Source: Nymphaea colorata (taxonomy: Eukaryota). From it: a stretch of DNA of 64,000 nucleotides. Positions within the stretch are counted from its first letter, which is position 1. Each line of letters begins with the position of its first letter. Shown piece after piece: positions 39,201 to 53,015 of the stretch. Position numbers and translations under genes: made by a program. The notes under the pieces are model-generated. The model saw nothing but the letters and a program-made list of their open reading frames with translations, was not told the DNA's origin and searched no databases. The stretch is from contig NC_045138.2 in NCBI RefSeq assembly GCF_008831285.2, positions 10,974,001 to 11,038,000 on the forward strand. The letters are read 5' to 3'.

Positions 39201-39657
39201 ATTTGTATTTCAGATCAGTCTCAAGATTTTAAATTTTACAAGTTTGGATTTCAGACCCAACTCAAATCCGAACCTTAACTGATGCCTTAGATCCACGACC
39301 CCAATTTCAAACACTTAGATTTTAGATCTTCAAATTGGATCATAAAGTACAAATTTGGATTTTCTTGAATCAAATCCTAAATTTAGATTTGGATCTCAAT
39401 AATTTAGATTTTAGACTATAGATTTCTTTAGTTCCATGTCCCAAATCCTTAGAGATCCGATCTCAAGTATGTATGGAGCTAGTCTGCATGGATTCATCTT
39501 AGATACAGGAACTCGTTGCATGGATCAGTGATGATATGGATCATAAATTCCAAATGTAATTTCCTTCACTTCTTGCACTCAAATGTCTGACGATCCATTT
39601 ACATCTTTTAAAATCTCATCTTTCTCAAATTCATGACATGTTAGGATTGGGATGACA
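36230..39657. mobile_element. Decayed LTR-like sequence, boundaries uncertain
   Basis: TGTCA...GGGATGACA candidate termini without a TSD; GATC-rich subrepeats at 38800-39500; homology to 8583-11470. Confidence 0.4.
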
Positions 39658-40248
39658 ATCATAACTTAGAATCTAAAACACTTATTCTTGTCCAAGATAT
39701 GATTACCCCTGATAAAGGCACCAAGATGGACAGTTCTCATACTAACAAGTTGGGTGCTATCTCTCATAATTTCTTACAAGTGATAAAGAGGTGAGTACAT
39801 TTTCAAACTTTTCTCCTTATGAACGGTCATACGTAAGATCGCAAAATTTTGCATGTAAACAGTAGCAAACTTAGAGAACCTACCACATGAACCTGCTTAT
39901 ATTTGCTATATGAATCGTGACAAAACAAACTATTCTGACCTAAGGACCAAAAAGATTAATAAAGCTATTTTAGTACTTTTGAGTTCAATGCACTCAATTA
40001 AACATCAACTGAGAAACTCAACCCTTTAATTGATTAATTTCCCAAAAAAAACTAAATAATTTAGCTACTGAAACCGATTCCCACATTTTAGGAAAAATTA
40101 TTATTAATTTTGGCAATTATCTTTGATCTAAGTGCAGAACACAAACTCTAATGCCCCATTGCAACCAACTCGATTCATGAGTGCCCATAAGAGCAAGCTC
40201 TTATGACTGGCTTTCATGGTGTCGAGCTGGGTTTCAATTGGAATTCCA

Positions 40249-40760
40249 GCCATGCAAATTAAATAGTAATTATGCATGAATAAAGTTTGTTATTTGCAAT
40301 GGAAACTGATATGCTGGTGATGACACAATGCATGTAGGAAACTAATATAGACATTGATTAACAACAAAACTACATCATGACATTTACAAACTACACCAGA
40401 AAATATGAATCTGACAACCAAGTAAACCTTTCTGGCTACTACTCTAGTGTGCTGGCTTAACAAAGAGCAACAGGAGGTACCCGGTGTATTCTCTTGCAAA
40501 AATCCCACATGACCATGAAATCTATAACTGAAAACTACTAAAATACCAAAAAATATCATGTTTTACATGCTGAAATTAGAGACCATGCAAATTAAATAAT
40601 AATTATGCATGAATAAAATTGGCTATTACTTGCAACAAAAGCTGATATACTTGCGATGACTCAATGCATGAATGAAACTAACTTAGACATTGATTTAAAA
40701 CAAAACTGCATCTTGACATTTTCAAACTACATTACAACATATGAATCAAACAACTGAATA
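40249..40760 (+). repeat. Local direct duplication (period about 333 bp) plus a dispersed partial copy near 41100-41220
   Basis: CCATGCAAATTAAATA(G/A)TAATTATGCATGAATAAA at 40249 and 40583; AACTGAAAACTACTAA at about 40526 and about 41156. Confidence 0.8.
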
Positions 40761-41816
40761 AACCTAGCACTCTAGCTTAACTAACTGAACATAAAATACC
40801 TTAAGCCTCATAACATGACTTAAAATAACTGACCCTTCAGACGAAAAAAGTTAAATTCAAGATCTAAATGTACATCAGAGACATCCTGTGATAGATAAAA
40901 ACATAAAAAGAAAAATTACTCTATCTGTTTGTAATCTATACTATAGAAAGTAAGTAGTTTGAGAGATGAAGAGTAGCATTCCGCTTTGTTGGGTACATAT
41001 GTTACATAAACTGCATATCTAGGACTTTTAAAACCTAACTCTAATCTACCCTATAACAGAAACAAGAAAGAAACTAAAAAAACATGTAAAAGACATATCT
41101 AATGCATGGCTTAAGAGAGAGCAATAAGAGACTCCCACGTGGCTATCAAATATAGAACTGAAAACTACTAATAGACCAAAAATTATCAAAATTACATGCT
41201 GGAAATTAAAGGAAATTAGACAATGCTCAACTCTAAGGAGAAGGAGAAAGGACACTAACTCGTTTGGTGTTCTGATGAGGAGATGAGAAAAACTCGATAC
41301 TTCTATGATCCAAGGGTCCAAGAGAAGTTATTCCCCGTGTTCATCTTTAGAGATCACTGTTTTACAAATCTACAACTCTATCTGGTAACAAGGAATAGAC
41401 GAGGGGTGAAGGTGGCCTTTGGTGTGGCAACCCAAAACTCTCTAGGAGGGAAAGAGCACAGGAATACCTATTGGCTCTGCAATTCTCCAGAAACTTGGTG
41501 ATAAACCTTGAAAACAAGAAACAAACACTGTGGAAAAGACACATTTAATGACAATAGGAAAGATGAAAAAGATGAAAATGCATTCACCTGGCTGAGGGCA
41601 CCCTCCCACCAAACTGGGGGATCGAACAATTCACCACTAGAATCCTCAATCTCCATAAACCTTGGAAGATGATGATGAATGGGGCTTCTTGGCTGCAAAC
41701 CAAAGATGAGGTTCTCCCATGGAGAATCATCTGTATATGAAAGAAAAAAATTCAAAATGGATTTCCCCTTTCAAGAACACCTCATAAAATTCAAAAATTG
41801 CTAAAAACCCATAAAA

Positions 41817-41820
<4 letters not shown>

Positions 41821-41877
<57 letters not shown>
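41821..41877. repeat. (TA)n microsatellite
   Basis: Direct reading. Confidence 0.95.
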
Positions 41878-41881
<4 letters not shown>

Positions 41882-41882
41882 A

Positions 41883-42191
41883 TTATTATATTTTTCATGC
41901 ATTCATTCCTGAATTTATTGTTTAAATTCCATGTTGGCATTGTTTTAATTGTATCATTGTTAGGAGTAAATTAAAAAATATCACACTTTTGGTGTTTTGG
42001 AGCAAATTCATTGAAAAACGTATTTAAATCCATATCCAAAAGCCAAAACAAGTTAAATCAAGGATCCAAAATTGAATAAAAAACCAAACACATTCTTGAA
42101 GGTTTTATAGTTATAATATAGTTTACAACCAAGACAAAATTAAGATATAAGTATATAATATATATAATATATATATATATTAAGATATAAG

Positions 42192-42289
<98 letters not shown>

Positions 42290-42548
42290 TAATTTTGTCT
42301 TGGTTGTAAGCTATATTATAACTATAAAACCTTCAAGAATGTGTTTGGTTTTTTATTCAATTTTGGATCCTTGATTTAACTTGTTTTGGCTTTTGGATAT
42401 GGATTTAAATACGTTTTTCATGAATTTGCTCCAAAACACCAAAAGTGTGATATTTTTTAATTTACTCCTAACAATGATACAATTAAAACAATGCCAACAT
42501 GGAATTTAAACAATAAATTCAGGAATGAATGCATGAAAAATATAATAA
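41883..42548. repeat. Near-perfect inverted duplication: arms 41883-42149 and 42283-42548 with a (TA)n spacer
   Basis: The arms are reverse complements with one substitution and one 1-nt indel by eye. Confidence 0.96.
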
Positions 42549-43029
42549 AAAAATAGTAGTTTTTATGCATCATCAAAATATGTGTGCATCATGATGGAAA
42601 GAGATTAATATAAAATGGAAAGCAAGAAAAAAGACTAAAGTCAAGAGAATATGTATGAAAACTTTGTATTATTTTCTTATTGCTCTATGGCTGAAGAGAC
42701 TTTTTGCAATATTAGAAGTTGCACAACAAATGATATGGCATAATGGCAAACGAGTTAAGGATTGAGTGCTGAGACACCCACCAGATGGTATTGCATGGAA
42801 AAGTTTTGATAAATGCATGTCATTTGCTATAGATGCTTGAAATATTTGACTGAGTTGAGTAAGCGATAGTTTTAATCCATTAAGAACTTTCAACTTAACT
42901 TGCAAAATATGGGTTGTGTTGGTAATATCAATTTGCTACTTTAGTTTGCATGATACTCTGTGTTATATTTTGCTCTCACTATTCACATATAGACCAATAG
43001 TTTTGGGCATATGTGAGATGGGATTTTTG

Positions 43030-45200
43030 CTTTCTTGTCCAACTCCACATGATAGAGCCCATTCTTAATTGTTCTTTGTAGAAGTACTTGACTGGACTTG
43101 TACTCTTTTAACAAACACTGATCAGGATGAAAATAAATTATTATCCTTTGTAAACCGATGAACTGAAATCAGATTCTTAGACATAGATGGCACATGTAAA
43201 ATATGCTTCATTAAAAAATCACAACCAGGTGTATGAAAATAAGAGGCACCAATGGATGAATTTTTCAAACTTGATCGATTACCTATTTTTAATTTGTCTT
43301 TTCATTTGCAATTGGCACTCACAGATAAGCTGTTTAGATCAATTGTGATGTGGTGCATTGCCCCGCAGTCTAGATACCATCTTCCATCAACCTCCTTATG
43401 TAGGGCCAATAGAGTGTGAGTCTCTCGTGACGCTTCTTCCTTCAGGAAGAAAAAAACCTTGCAGTGAAGGGCATCATGTCCTCGACATTAACATGCTTGG
43501 CATGTTGTGCAACAGTTGGCTACCATTTGTCCTCAATTTCCACAAACATAGCTGACAACATATGAAGTTTGATTTCCAAAGGATCAGCCTTGTCCCTAGT
43601 TTGGTTTTTGCTTCACCCTCTTTGAAAAATAATCTGCCCGCATTGCTTCTATTGGTGTATTGCTGATTGCCAACAGAAATATTGACCATTAGTGTCCCAA
43701 CTTCATGACTCTTGGTCTATTATGCCTCATGGATCATAAGCAAGCCTAATGGTTCTTCAAGATTAGTGGGTTTTGCATGGGTCTTCAAGGGAGTTCTCAA
43801 TGTCCCACACTCATGTGAAGGAAGACAACCAAGAACATATGGAACTAAATGATCACCTATTGGAGGCTACGTTCAACTAGTGAGCAAGACTTTTTTCTTT
43901 ATGAAGATAAGTAGCTATAGAATTTGTTCCCTTCTTCATAGTTTGAAGTTGAGAAGAAAGCCATTGTACATCCAAGTGTGGGTGGGCAGTACACATATGC
44001 TTTAATGCAGTCCCAAACTTCAGATGATGTATTCAAGTCAACAATTTGACTATGGATTGTGTCAGTCAGTGAAGATAAAATCCAACTAAGTATTAATTGG
44101 CCCATCTTTACCCACTTAAAGAATGCAGGATTGAAACTACCTTCTTTTCCTTTGTTCGTGAGATTTTGAGGACAAGAGTGTGTACCATATGTTAAAAAAC
44201 ATAAAGCAATAATAGAAAAAAGCTTAGGGAATTAACGTGGAGCATATTTTCTTTACCCACGGAAGGCCATCAGCCTTAAAATTGACAAAGTATGTTAATC
44301 TCTTATATAGACATTAAAGATGAGATAACTCCTTATTTTAAGGAGCTGTTATAAGATATTTATTATCAACAAAACTGTTCCTTGATTTTTGCTGTAATTG
44401 TTTCCATAATCCATCGTCTTGATTTTTGCCATGATCTTTTCCAAACGATCCTTACCATGATGTTGGCATCCATATCATATGTGTGCCGTTAACCATCATT
44501 CTTTTCATCTTCCCTCAAATTGGACGACGTTTCACAAAGTCCAAATTTGCCATGGAGATTTTGTGGAGGCAGATCATGCTTTGGCAGCAATTCAGAAATC
44601 TCAAGCTTGATTCTTGAATATTTTGTTCACAAGATCGAGTCCTCGCTTTGGTGAAGAAGGCAGCGATCTCTTTGGTCGTCTGCAAGCCATCTTTGGGCGT
44701 TGATATTCTTCTTCAAGCATCTTGCTCTGATGCCATGTTAAAAAACATAAAGAAATAATAGAAAAAAGCTTAGGGAATTAACGTGGAGCATATTTTCTTT
44801 ACCCACGGAAGGCCATCGGCCTTAAAATTGACAAAGTATGTCAATCTCTTATATAAACATTAAAGATGAGATAACTCCTTATTTTAAGGAGCTGTTACAA
44901 GATATTTATTATCAACAAAACCGTTCCTTGATTTTTGCTGTAACTGTTTCCATAATCCATCGTCTTGATTTTTGCCATGATCTTTTCCAAACGATCCTTA
45001 CCATGATGTTGGCATCCATATCATATGTGTGCCGTTAACCATCATTCTTTTCACCATCCACATAACCCATCTATCCATGGCTGTTAAGAAGGAAATAAAA
45101 TATGATTCTTACAGCATATAGTTGTCTATAGATAATTTGATGGGCAAAAATGTTGAAGATTTGCAAGTGCCGTAAACAAATTGTAAAGTTTGTTGATTGT
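43030..45200 (-). mobile_element. Third Ty1/copia remnant (gag-protease), interrupted by a TRIM
   Basis: PIKLSIDNYML (about 45140), QLILSWILSSLTD (about 44090), WYLDCGAMHHIT (about 43370), HVPSMSKNLISVHRFTKDN (about 43190). Confidence 0.85.
44190..45053 (-). mobile_element. Structurally complete TRIM or internally deleted copia, 864 bp
   Basis: Two 318-bp LTRs (44190-44507 and 44736-45053, TG...CA, 7 differences by eye); PBS TGGCATCAGAGC (minus, 44724-44735); PPT TTGAGGGAAGA (minus, 44508-44518); TSD CCATA/CCATC. Confidence 0.95.
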
Positions 45201-45399
45201 ATTGAGGAATAGGTTAAAGTTGAGTTGTTGTCTGCCTTGAGGAAGACCACAAACTGAAAAAAAAAGCCACATGATCTCTCTTACAACTTTGACACAATAA
45301 CAAAGATCATACACCACCTACACATGCAAGAAGAGAATTTTATCCTGAGTCGACATCCAAGACAAATAAACTTTCTCTCTCCATCTCTTTTCTTATGCA

Positions 45400-47250
45400 T
45401 CATGAGATTGAGAGGTTCCCTTCAAATAATTTGTAGAAGGGTTATATGCTAATTTAGTTATCATATTTATCTTTTGGCCATTTAATTTACAATGGGATTT
45501 TGCTTCCATCCTATGTGTGCCTTCCTCTTCAAGATACTATGTTGACCTTCCATGTTCATCCTTGTCAGTTTCACCACCTATTGAGATAATTTGATTTCTT
45601 CATTTTATGCCTTTATTGGCATTATTACTATTTCACAAGCCTTGCCATCTTCACGAGTCTTATCCTTAACACACAACATTTGGCTTTTTCATATAAAAAC
45701 CTTCAGATAACTATAGGATGGTGCCACCATTGAGTTTCCAAGACAATGTTGCACATGTGTCATGGCATTTATGTATCATTGGTACATGAAAATATTAAAA
45801 ATTGAAGTATATATATGCAAGACAAACCGTTCCACACAAATAAATGTAAAAATAAACTATATTAAATATATCCTATTTTAGAACAAAAAAGAATTTCATG
45901 AAGCGAATAGGCAAAGCTACTAATAGGAATATATACACAATATGGGATTGCTCAACAACATTTAATAGTCATAAAAAAGTATCTCTTTATTGTGCAAGCT
46001 TCCCAGATGCACTCCTAAATAAGTATATGCATGCATGTATACAAATAATAACATAGAACATGATGTAAAAGATTCAAATATGAGATCCTAACTATTAGGA
46101 ATTACATATGAAATTCAAAAAATGTCCTTCCAATGAATATTTCATACTCAAACAAATGATAACATACGAGGATCATGCCTAAAATTTGATAGAAAGCATA
46201 AATATAATGCTTTAAACTGAAATTGTTACAAAATTTACTAAAATAGAACATACCTAAGAATAAGACTGAAAAACCCTTAAACGATTTTAGATTCATGTGA
46301 AACTCCATGGAAACTTATTAACCATGGAGGGAATGCTATGCCAAACTTCTCATATATTTGAAAAACAACTTAAAGTACACATGAAATGAGTCTAACCAAC
46401 TATGAAACTTGATGTAATCCTCCTAGGTGCATGAAGGAAAGATACCCAAATGATGGATTGTGTACATCTAGCTTAGAACAAAATTTGAAACAAAATGAGA
46501 TGTTACAACTATATTTTCTGCTAGGTATGGAAAATACAATATATTGTTTATCTGCCTAATTTGGGATCCTCAAAAGCATACACAATGGAATGAAGTCAAA
46601 CTAAGATTTGTTGTGAACACTTTGTATACCTCAAAGCAATTGACCTAGGTGTTTGGAATAACTATGTTGAAATGTGGAATAACAACGTACCCAACCTATG
46701 ATAGGAATCACGTTTTACTGCAATCATATTGTAGCAATCTTCTCTAGCAGCATATTGTGGAACATGATAAAACATAATTAATGACCTTGGTTTGCAAGAA
46801 AATTTGGTGTATAGTTTCTTTATATATTGAGGAAATAACTTCAACTGATAGATTGGGGAAGCACATCTTAAAATGAGGCTTATCATGACACAAACATAGT
46901 GTAGAAAAGGATTCATAGAAACAATATGACTAGATGAACAAATTTGAGACAATGTAAGATAATCTTAAGCTTGGAAGGACATAAAATTGCATGTGAATGC
47001 TATTGTTATAGGGAATAACTAATCCTAAATTAAAGAACAAGGAATTATGTTTAAAACCATATACATTGGATGCTAAACTTATGACATAAGTCATATTTCG
47101 TAGAACATGGAACTAAGTTTAGCCATATACAAGCCTTGCTAAATCAGTTCAATGCCTACAATAGACACCTCGGTAAGGGCTAGAAATTGGTGTGGGAATT
47201 ACTAGGCACATGTAGGAAACCATTCGTCATTATGGATTTGAAAAATGATT
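45400..47250 (-). pseudogene. Possible very old CACTA transposase remnant
   Basis: Scattered motifs in the expected order: NPSFGYLS, FPPWL, LCVKDKTREDGKA, resembling TnpD NPFG.LS, NLPPWL and L.i.gKTKD..kAR. Confidence 0.3.
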
Positions 47251-48659
47251 CCTAAACCTCAAATTATTGAGTTCCCAAATTGATTAAATTTCATAACATA
47301 GTCTCTAGCATGTGAATTGTCAAAAGCTTGTTTTCGAAAATTGTCAAAAGGACCAAAAAAACTTGGTTTTCCACTAAATTTAGTAGTGACAAGCTAGATC
47401 GAGGAAAATAAAGTTTTTGCGGTTGATCAAAACGAATTACGGTTTGGAAGAAATAAGTTTTGAAACTAAGTAAAAAATCTAGACTTTTCATAGTCATATT
47501 TTTTACTTACGATTGAAACATAGGCCCCTTAACATGGAAACTTGGTGAAAGATGACTATTACCATATACTAAGCACTTGGATTAACAAATAAAAAATGCC
47601 TAAACCTAACATCAATGGAATAATGCTAATATGATGCACATATACAAGCATGATGGAGGATAATATGTGCATAACATAAAAAGACTAGAAATCAATAACA
47701 ATGAGCCATGAATGTATGATGTCAGTTTTGTATGGATCAAGATAATCATAATATGATCATAACTTTGAACCACAAAGCATGCATGACATGCAATGCAAAT
47801 AATAAAACAAAGAGAAATCAATATTGTCCAAGAGGGAGGTACATATGTGAAGGTGATTTTAACCTCTTTAATGGCCTTGGAAAAAGAAACATTCATAACA
47901 ATGAAAAAAAAAAGTAATCATCATGATGAACAAAGTGATGCATCGGGGATAGAGAGAGAGAGAGCTAATGTCCACAACAGCAGCCTCAACCTCTCAATGG
48001 CAACCACTGGCAATAAAAAACTAAACATAAACCAAGATCAAAAGAGCAAGATGTTGGCTTAAAGAGAAGTTCTGTCCATGAAGGTGACGTTGACTTCTCA
48101 TGAATGGTCCTTTTAAGGATGAAGATTAATAGATAAAGTCTTATGGAGTCTTCAAAACAAGGGAATAATATAGAAACAAATAGATGAAATAGAGAGGTAT
48201 AGAGAACCTATATTATTTTCAATCAAAATCACATCCTTATCCTCCTCATTTCTGCATCTTTCTTCTTCTTCTTCTTTCTTAATTGGGCATAGGGGCAACC
48301 AATAACTTCTTGGTGGGAGCATAACCCTGTTGATTCCTCTTCAAAAACATATGAGAGAACAAGAAAGAGGAATCCTAAGAAGAACTTAGAAAAAATTCAA
48401 AAACAACCGAAAAGGGAGAGAGAATACTTGAGAGAGAGTAATAAGGGATGTCTCCCTTCCTCTCAATATCACTTTTCAAAATTTTGAGAAAAGGATGCCA
48501 CTTCCTACACAATCTATATTCTAAACAAAATTTAGAAAACTATTATCTTGATTCCAATGGAGGATTGATCCCAAGATGCATGGCACCATATGGTGAGTTT
48601 GGGTTTCATACACAGATTTAATCTAGATTTACTATGAAATTTGGATTTGAAAAGATAAT

Positions 48660-49912
48660 TTGGGTCTTATTCTAGATAAAAGAAGTGGATTGAAGATCCA
48701 GTTCAAGTCTGGAATTGTGATTTGAATCTAGAGTTGATAATGGATTATAGATTTTAGATCCATATGAGAAATTTGGACAAAATATATCTAAAATAGAAGG
48801 GGCATCCTCTATTGGGTTCGTCTAAGTCAGGATGGCTTGAGTAGGCCCAGTTGACAAAGCTTGGGTTTGGCAAACTTTGACTGATTTTGGAAAACATGGT
48901 TCACAGTTTCAACCATGTTGAGCCAAACTTCACTAAGAATGAGCTAGAGTTGGGCCTAGGTCTATGCTTGGGTCAAAGTTAGGTTAGAATCATGCATATC
49001 TAGGTTCACTTGAACTCAGTAGAATGACCTTAGGCTAGTGCAATAGACCTAGGCAGATTCAGTTTGACATGTTTGAAAGAGTAACAGAATTAAGCCAAGC
49101 TATATTAGGTAGATCTAGATGTGAACCCTACTGACTTCACTGATGGGCCCGCAAAGCCACCCTAGGACTACATGTCAGCCAAATAATGTTGCATGCAGGT
49201 TAGAGTGGCACAAGAATTAAGGGAATTGGAAATATGAGCATAAAATTCAAATTCCAAGATGTCTTTTGTAAAATATAATTTGGATCATATTCTTGATAAC
49301 AAAAATTGGATTGAAAATCCAAATCAAGTTCTGAAACAGTGATTCATATCTATAGTGACAACAGATTATAGATTTTTTATCCATATTGGAAATATGGACA
49401 TAGAAATAGATTTGGAATAGAAGGGGGTGTCTGCTACTAGGCTCCACTAAGTCAAATTAGCTTGGACTACATCCAGTTGACTAAGCTTGTGCTTGATTTG
49501 GTCAAACTAAGATTGGTTTTAGAAAACATGCTTGAGTCGGGTCAAGCTTCTTGAGCACAACTTGACTAAGCCTCAGCCAAAAATGGACATGGGCTCAATT
49601 GTGCATGGGTCAAGGTTAGGCTGGAATCAGCTAGACCCAGGTTGGCCTGAGCTGAGCAGAATGACCTTGGGCTAACAAACTAGGTGCAATGGACCTGGAC
49701 ATATTCAATTTGATATGGCTAAGACTAACAGAACTGAGCCAAGATAACTTAGGTACAATCAGATCTGGGCCCTACTGAATTTGGCAATGGGCCCCACAAA
49801 GCCACCTTAGGACCATGTGGGCCAAATCATGTTGCATGCAGGTTAGACTGGTACAAGACTTAGGCAAATTGGAAATATGGGCATTAAATTCAAATTATAA
49901 GTTGCCTTTTGT
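48660..49912 (+). repeat. Diverged tandem duplication (unit about 630-645 bp) in LTR-like sequence
   Basis: AATAGAAGGGG at about 48792 and 49416; ATGTTGCATGCAGGTTAGA at about 49186 and 49829. Confidence 0.8.
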
Positions 49913-51399
49913 TATAAGATGTGAAATGATCATCTTGTGCTTGGCATAGATTTATAAAAATGGCAAGGTTTTGGGCACGCCAAATGGGCTTAAGATGTGG
50001 GCCTTTTAGTTAGCTTAGGCCTCACTCAAACAGTTTGAAAAAGACTTCCCGGTTTATCTAGAAATCATGATTTTCTAAAAAAATGTGGCTCAATTAAAAT
50101 AGGGAAATAGGAAAATGCGAGATAAACTCAGAAAAGGCTTGTTTGGAAGATTCTATGTTGAGCTTCGATGAATTGAGATAGGGGGAGCCAAATCATTTAG
50201 TTTTTGGACTATTATCGATAAAAAAAAAAAGTGATTCTAACAAGTCGAGTTAAAACAAGCTCCAAACATAAATAAAAGTGAAGTGACTAATTGAATGAAG
50301 TGGATAAAGCTAGTAAACCTATAAAACTGAAATTGTTCTTCATATGTTTTAGTTGAAACTAAGCTAGGGTAGTTAAATCTACTCATGAAGAAGTTTCATT
50401 GTGCAGCAGGAGTTGTCATGGTAGAATTGGGATGATTTAATTAGACTAAGGTAGGGATAAGCTATTCTAAGTATGACTAACATGTCCTAAGCTCACTTCA
50501 AATGAGCTTAACATAGTTGAGATAGAATTGAGCTAAACCTACCAAAATAGAACTTGGATAACCTAACTATGAGGTCTAGAGTTTACAGAACTAAAATTGT
50601 TAAGTTGTACATTGCAGGTCATTTTCATGGAACAAACTCTTTCATAGTCTTGCTTTTGCCAAAAGGAATCATAACTTTGTTCAAGAAAGAACAAAAACTT
50701 TTGAATTAGATGAAAGTAGTAAAAGGCTAGCTACTTCTTTTACTAGAAAAATGTGGCCTTCAAAGAAGGGAACAAAATGTGAAGAGCATTTTACTAATAG
50801 GTATGTTCAATTAGAATGCAAGTATCACTAGAATAAGTATGAAGATTCCAAAATCGTTTGAATGTTCATATGGAAACTTATACAACGTAGAAAAATATTA
50901 ACATAGTACAAGTTTTAAAAAATAATAGGAAAAAAATAAACAAAAAGGTACAAGAAAAGTTTAAGGCTTGAAAGATGACAAGGCTACCAAATTTATCGCA
51001 TTCAACTTTAAAGCATTTGCAAATAACACAGTCACATCTGCTCTTCCATCTTGGTGCTTATCTAGTTACCTAGGCATACATTGTGGAAGAGAATACTTGA
51101 TGGTTGTGGATGAAAACCGAAACTGAAAACCCTTCATTTCTAGAAAATTTGGGTCTACTAGGCTCAATTAACCTGGATTGAGCCAAAATGAGTCGAGATA
51201 ATCACTAATAAACAAAAAAAAAAGAAAGTTACAAAATCTGAAATCCTAAAATTGAGTTAGTTGCAATCAATTACTCTACTTGGTCCACTTATGAGGTTTT
51301 TGAAGACTTAAGGGCACAATACTAAAAATGGACTAGGATAACCTTAGGAAATTAGAGTTTCTTTATATTCTTGAGTACTAGATGCCTAACTAAGGCTGC

Positions 51400-52735
51400 A
51401 ACGGGTTATCTTGAAGATGGCCTTAGGCTGAGGACCGCACTATTTAAAATGTGCATGCTTGGGTCAAAATGTAATTTTGACTATGAAAAATTTTAGGATT
51501 TTTATGGAAAGGCACGAAATTACAAGCCTAAAAAGCCATGATCTCCAACAACACATTGTGTTGCTTTACGCGAGTCCTTACAAAAGAAAATCAATGTCAT
51601 GCTAACAATTTACTGAGTGCATGAAGTTTGTTGGGAGGTGCATGATTTGTATGTAAATACCTTCTATTTATTACATATTTATATGCATACTAATGTCCAT
51701 CTTTAGTTGTTTTATTTTGTAGATACCTATTTAGGTTAAAAAGTTATTCATACAATAGAAGCCAAGCGCAAGGTTTGATTGCAGCAAGTTATTTGGCAAA
51801 TGGATGTTTGACATCATGCTCTACATATTGTTAGGATATAGAGATAAGATTCAATACGCTAGAAATGAATGCTGGAGAAGTTATTACAGATCCAGAAGAT
51901 GAAATCAGTGTAACTCGAGTGGATCTTCCATTAAGCAAATTGAGTTGATAATTCTGGACACATGAACCTCTTGAATTATTCAATCATAAAGCAATGGAAC
52001 CATATGTTGAATAAGAATATGAGTTGCACTATGTGTATGTTAATTTTTGCGTTAGATATACATTCAACAAGCTAATGTACATGTACCTATAGGGACCACT
52101 TGAGGCAAGTTAGGTGCCAATTATCCAAAAGACCCTTTGACTTTGAGTGAGTTCATTAAACATGTCCATATTAGTTTGAAAATCATGCACGTTTGAGTAC
52201 TTTACAAGTGAGATAACATGACCTACTAAATTATGTTTACTACCTCATATTCTTGTACCTTTAATTTATGACAGATTCATCAACTACATGACAATTGATG
52301 TTATGAAATTCCAAATAATATTGTTTGGTAGTTGAAATTTCCTAATAAAAATGCATGATATATAAAGGTTTAGAGGTTAGCTGTAGTGAGAAGTTGAAAT
52401 ATGTTTTATTCAAATGTGAATGGTTCAGCTTACCTAGTTTACATGAATAGGATATCAAACAAGAGAAATTTGCTTCACATGCATCAACATTGACTTTAGT
52501 AATATGAAAGCTGAACCTTTCATGCTAGCATCCCAAGTACATGAAGTTTTTCATATAGAAGACCCAACAGACAATAATTGACATGATATCACTACAACAA
52601 TGCCTATAAATATGTATGATATCCTTGTGAGAGAAGTTGTTGAAGATTCTAATAATTATGATATGGATCTCCACAATTCAACAAGTTTTGCAACTGATAA
52701 TGTTGATGATCATGTACCTTTGATTAGAGATAATG
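51400..52735 (+). pseudogene. CACTA/En-Spm TnpD transposase remnant
   Basis: LKSHDL (about 51528), VLFKCEWF (about 52403) and EPFMLASQVHEVFHIEDP (about 52514) match the TnpD LKSHD motif and the DUF4216-type VLFKCDW and EPFiLAsQ..QVFY..DP motifs. Confidence 0.8.
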
Positions 52736-53015
52736 TGCAACAACCCAACCCATACCGAACTTAGGTCCCTGGTCTGACATGTCCCAACCTGCTCCCTAGT
52801 AGCTTCAGTTCTGACTTAAAAAGGCTATGAACCAGGACAACCAACTATTTAACAACCCCTTCATAAGACCTTGAATAACTCTCATAATCTCAGACTTCTC
52901 AAATTGTGGCATTACAATCCACCTCTCTTAAGGCACATGCATCCAAGTTGGGACCCTAGTCTCAGTGTTAAATCATGCTATGATTACCACTATAACAACC
53001 CGACCCATATTGGGC
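52736..53015 (-). mobile_element. Truncated TRIM: one LTR of about 180 bp, PPT, about 75-bp internal region, PBS and start of the second LTR
   Basis: TGCAACAACCCAACCCAT (52736) repeats as TATAACAACCCGACCCAT (52991); LTR ends TTACA at 52916; PPT AAGAGAGGTGGAT on the minus strand; degenerate Met PBS GCTATGATTACCA (52977-52989). Confidence 0.75.
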
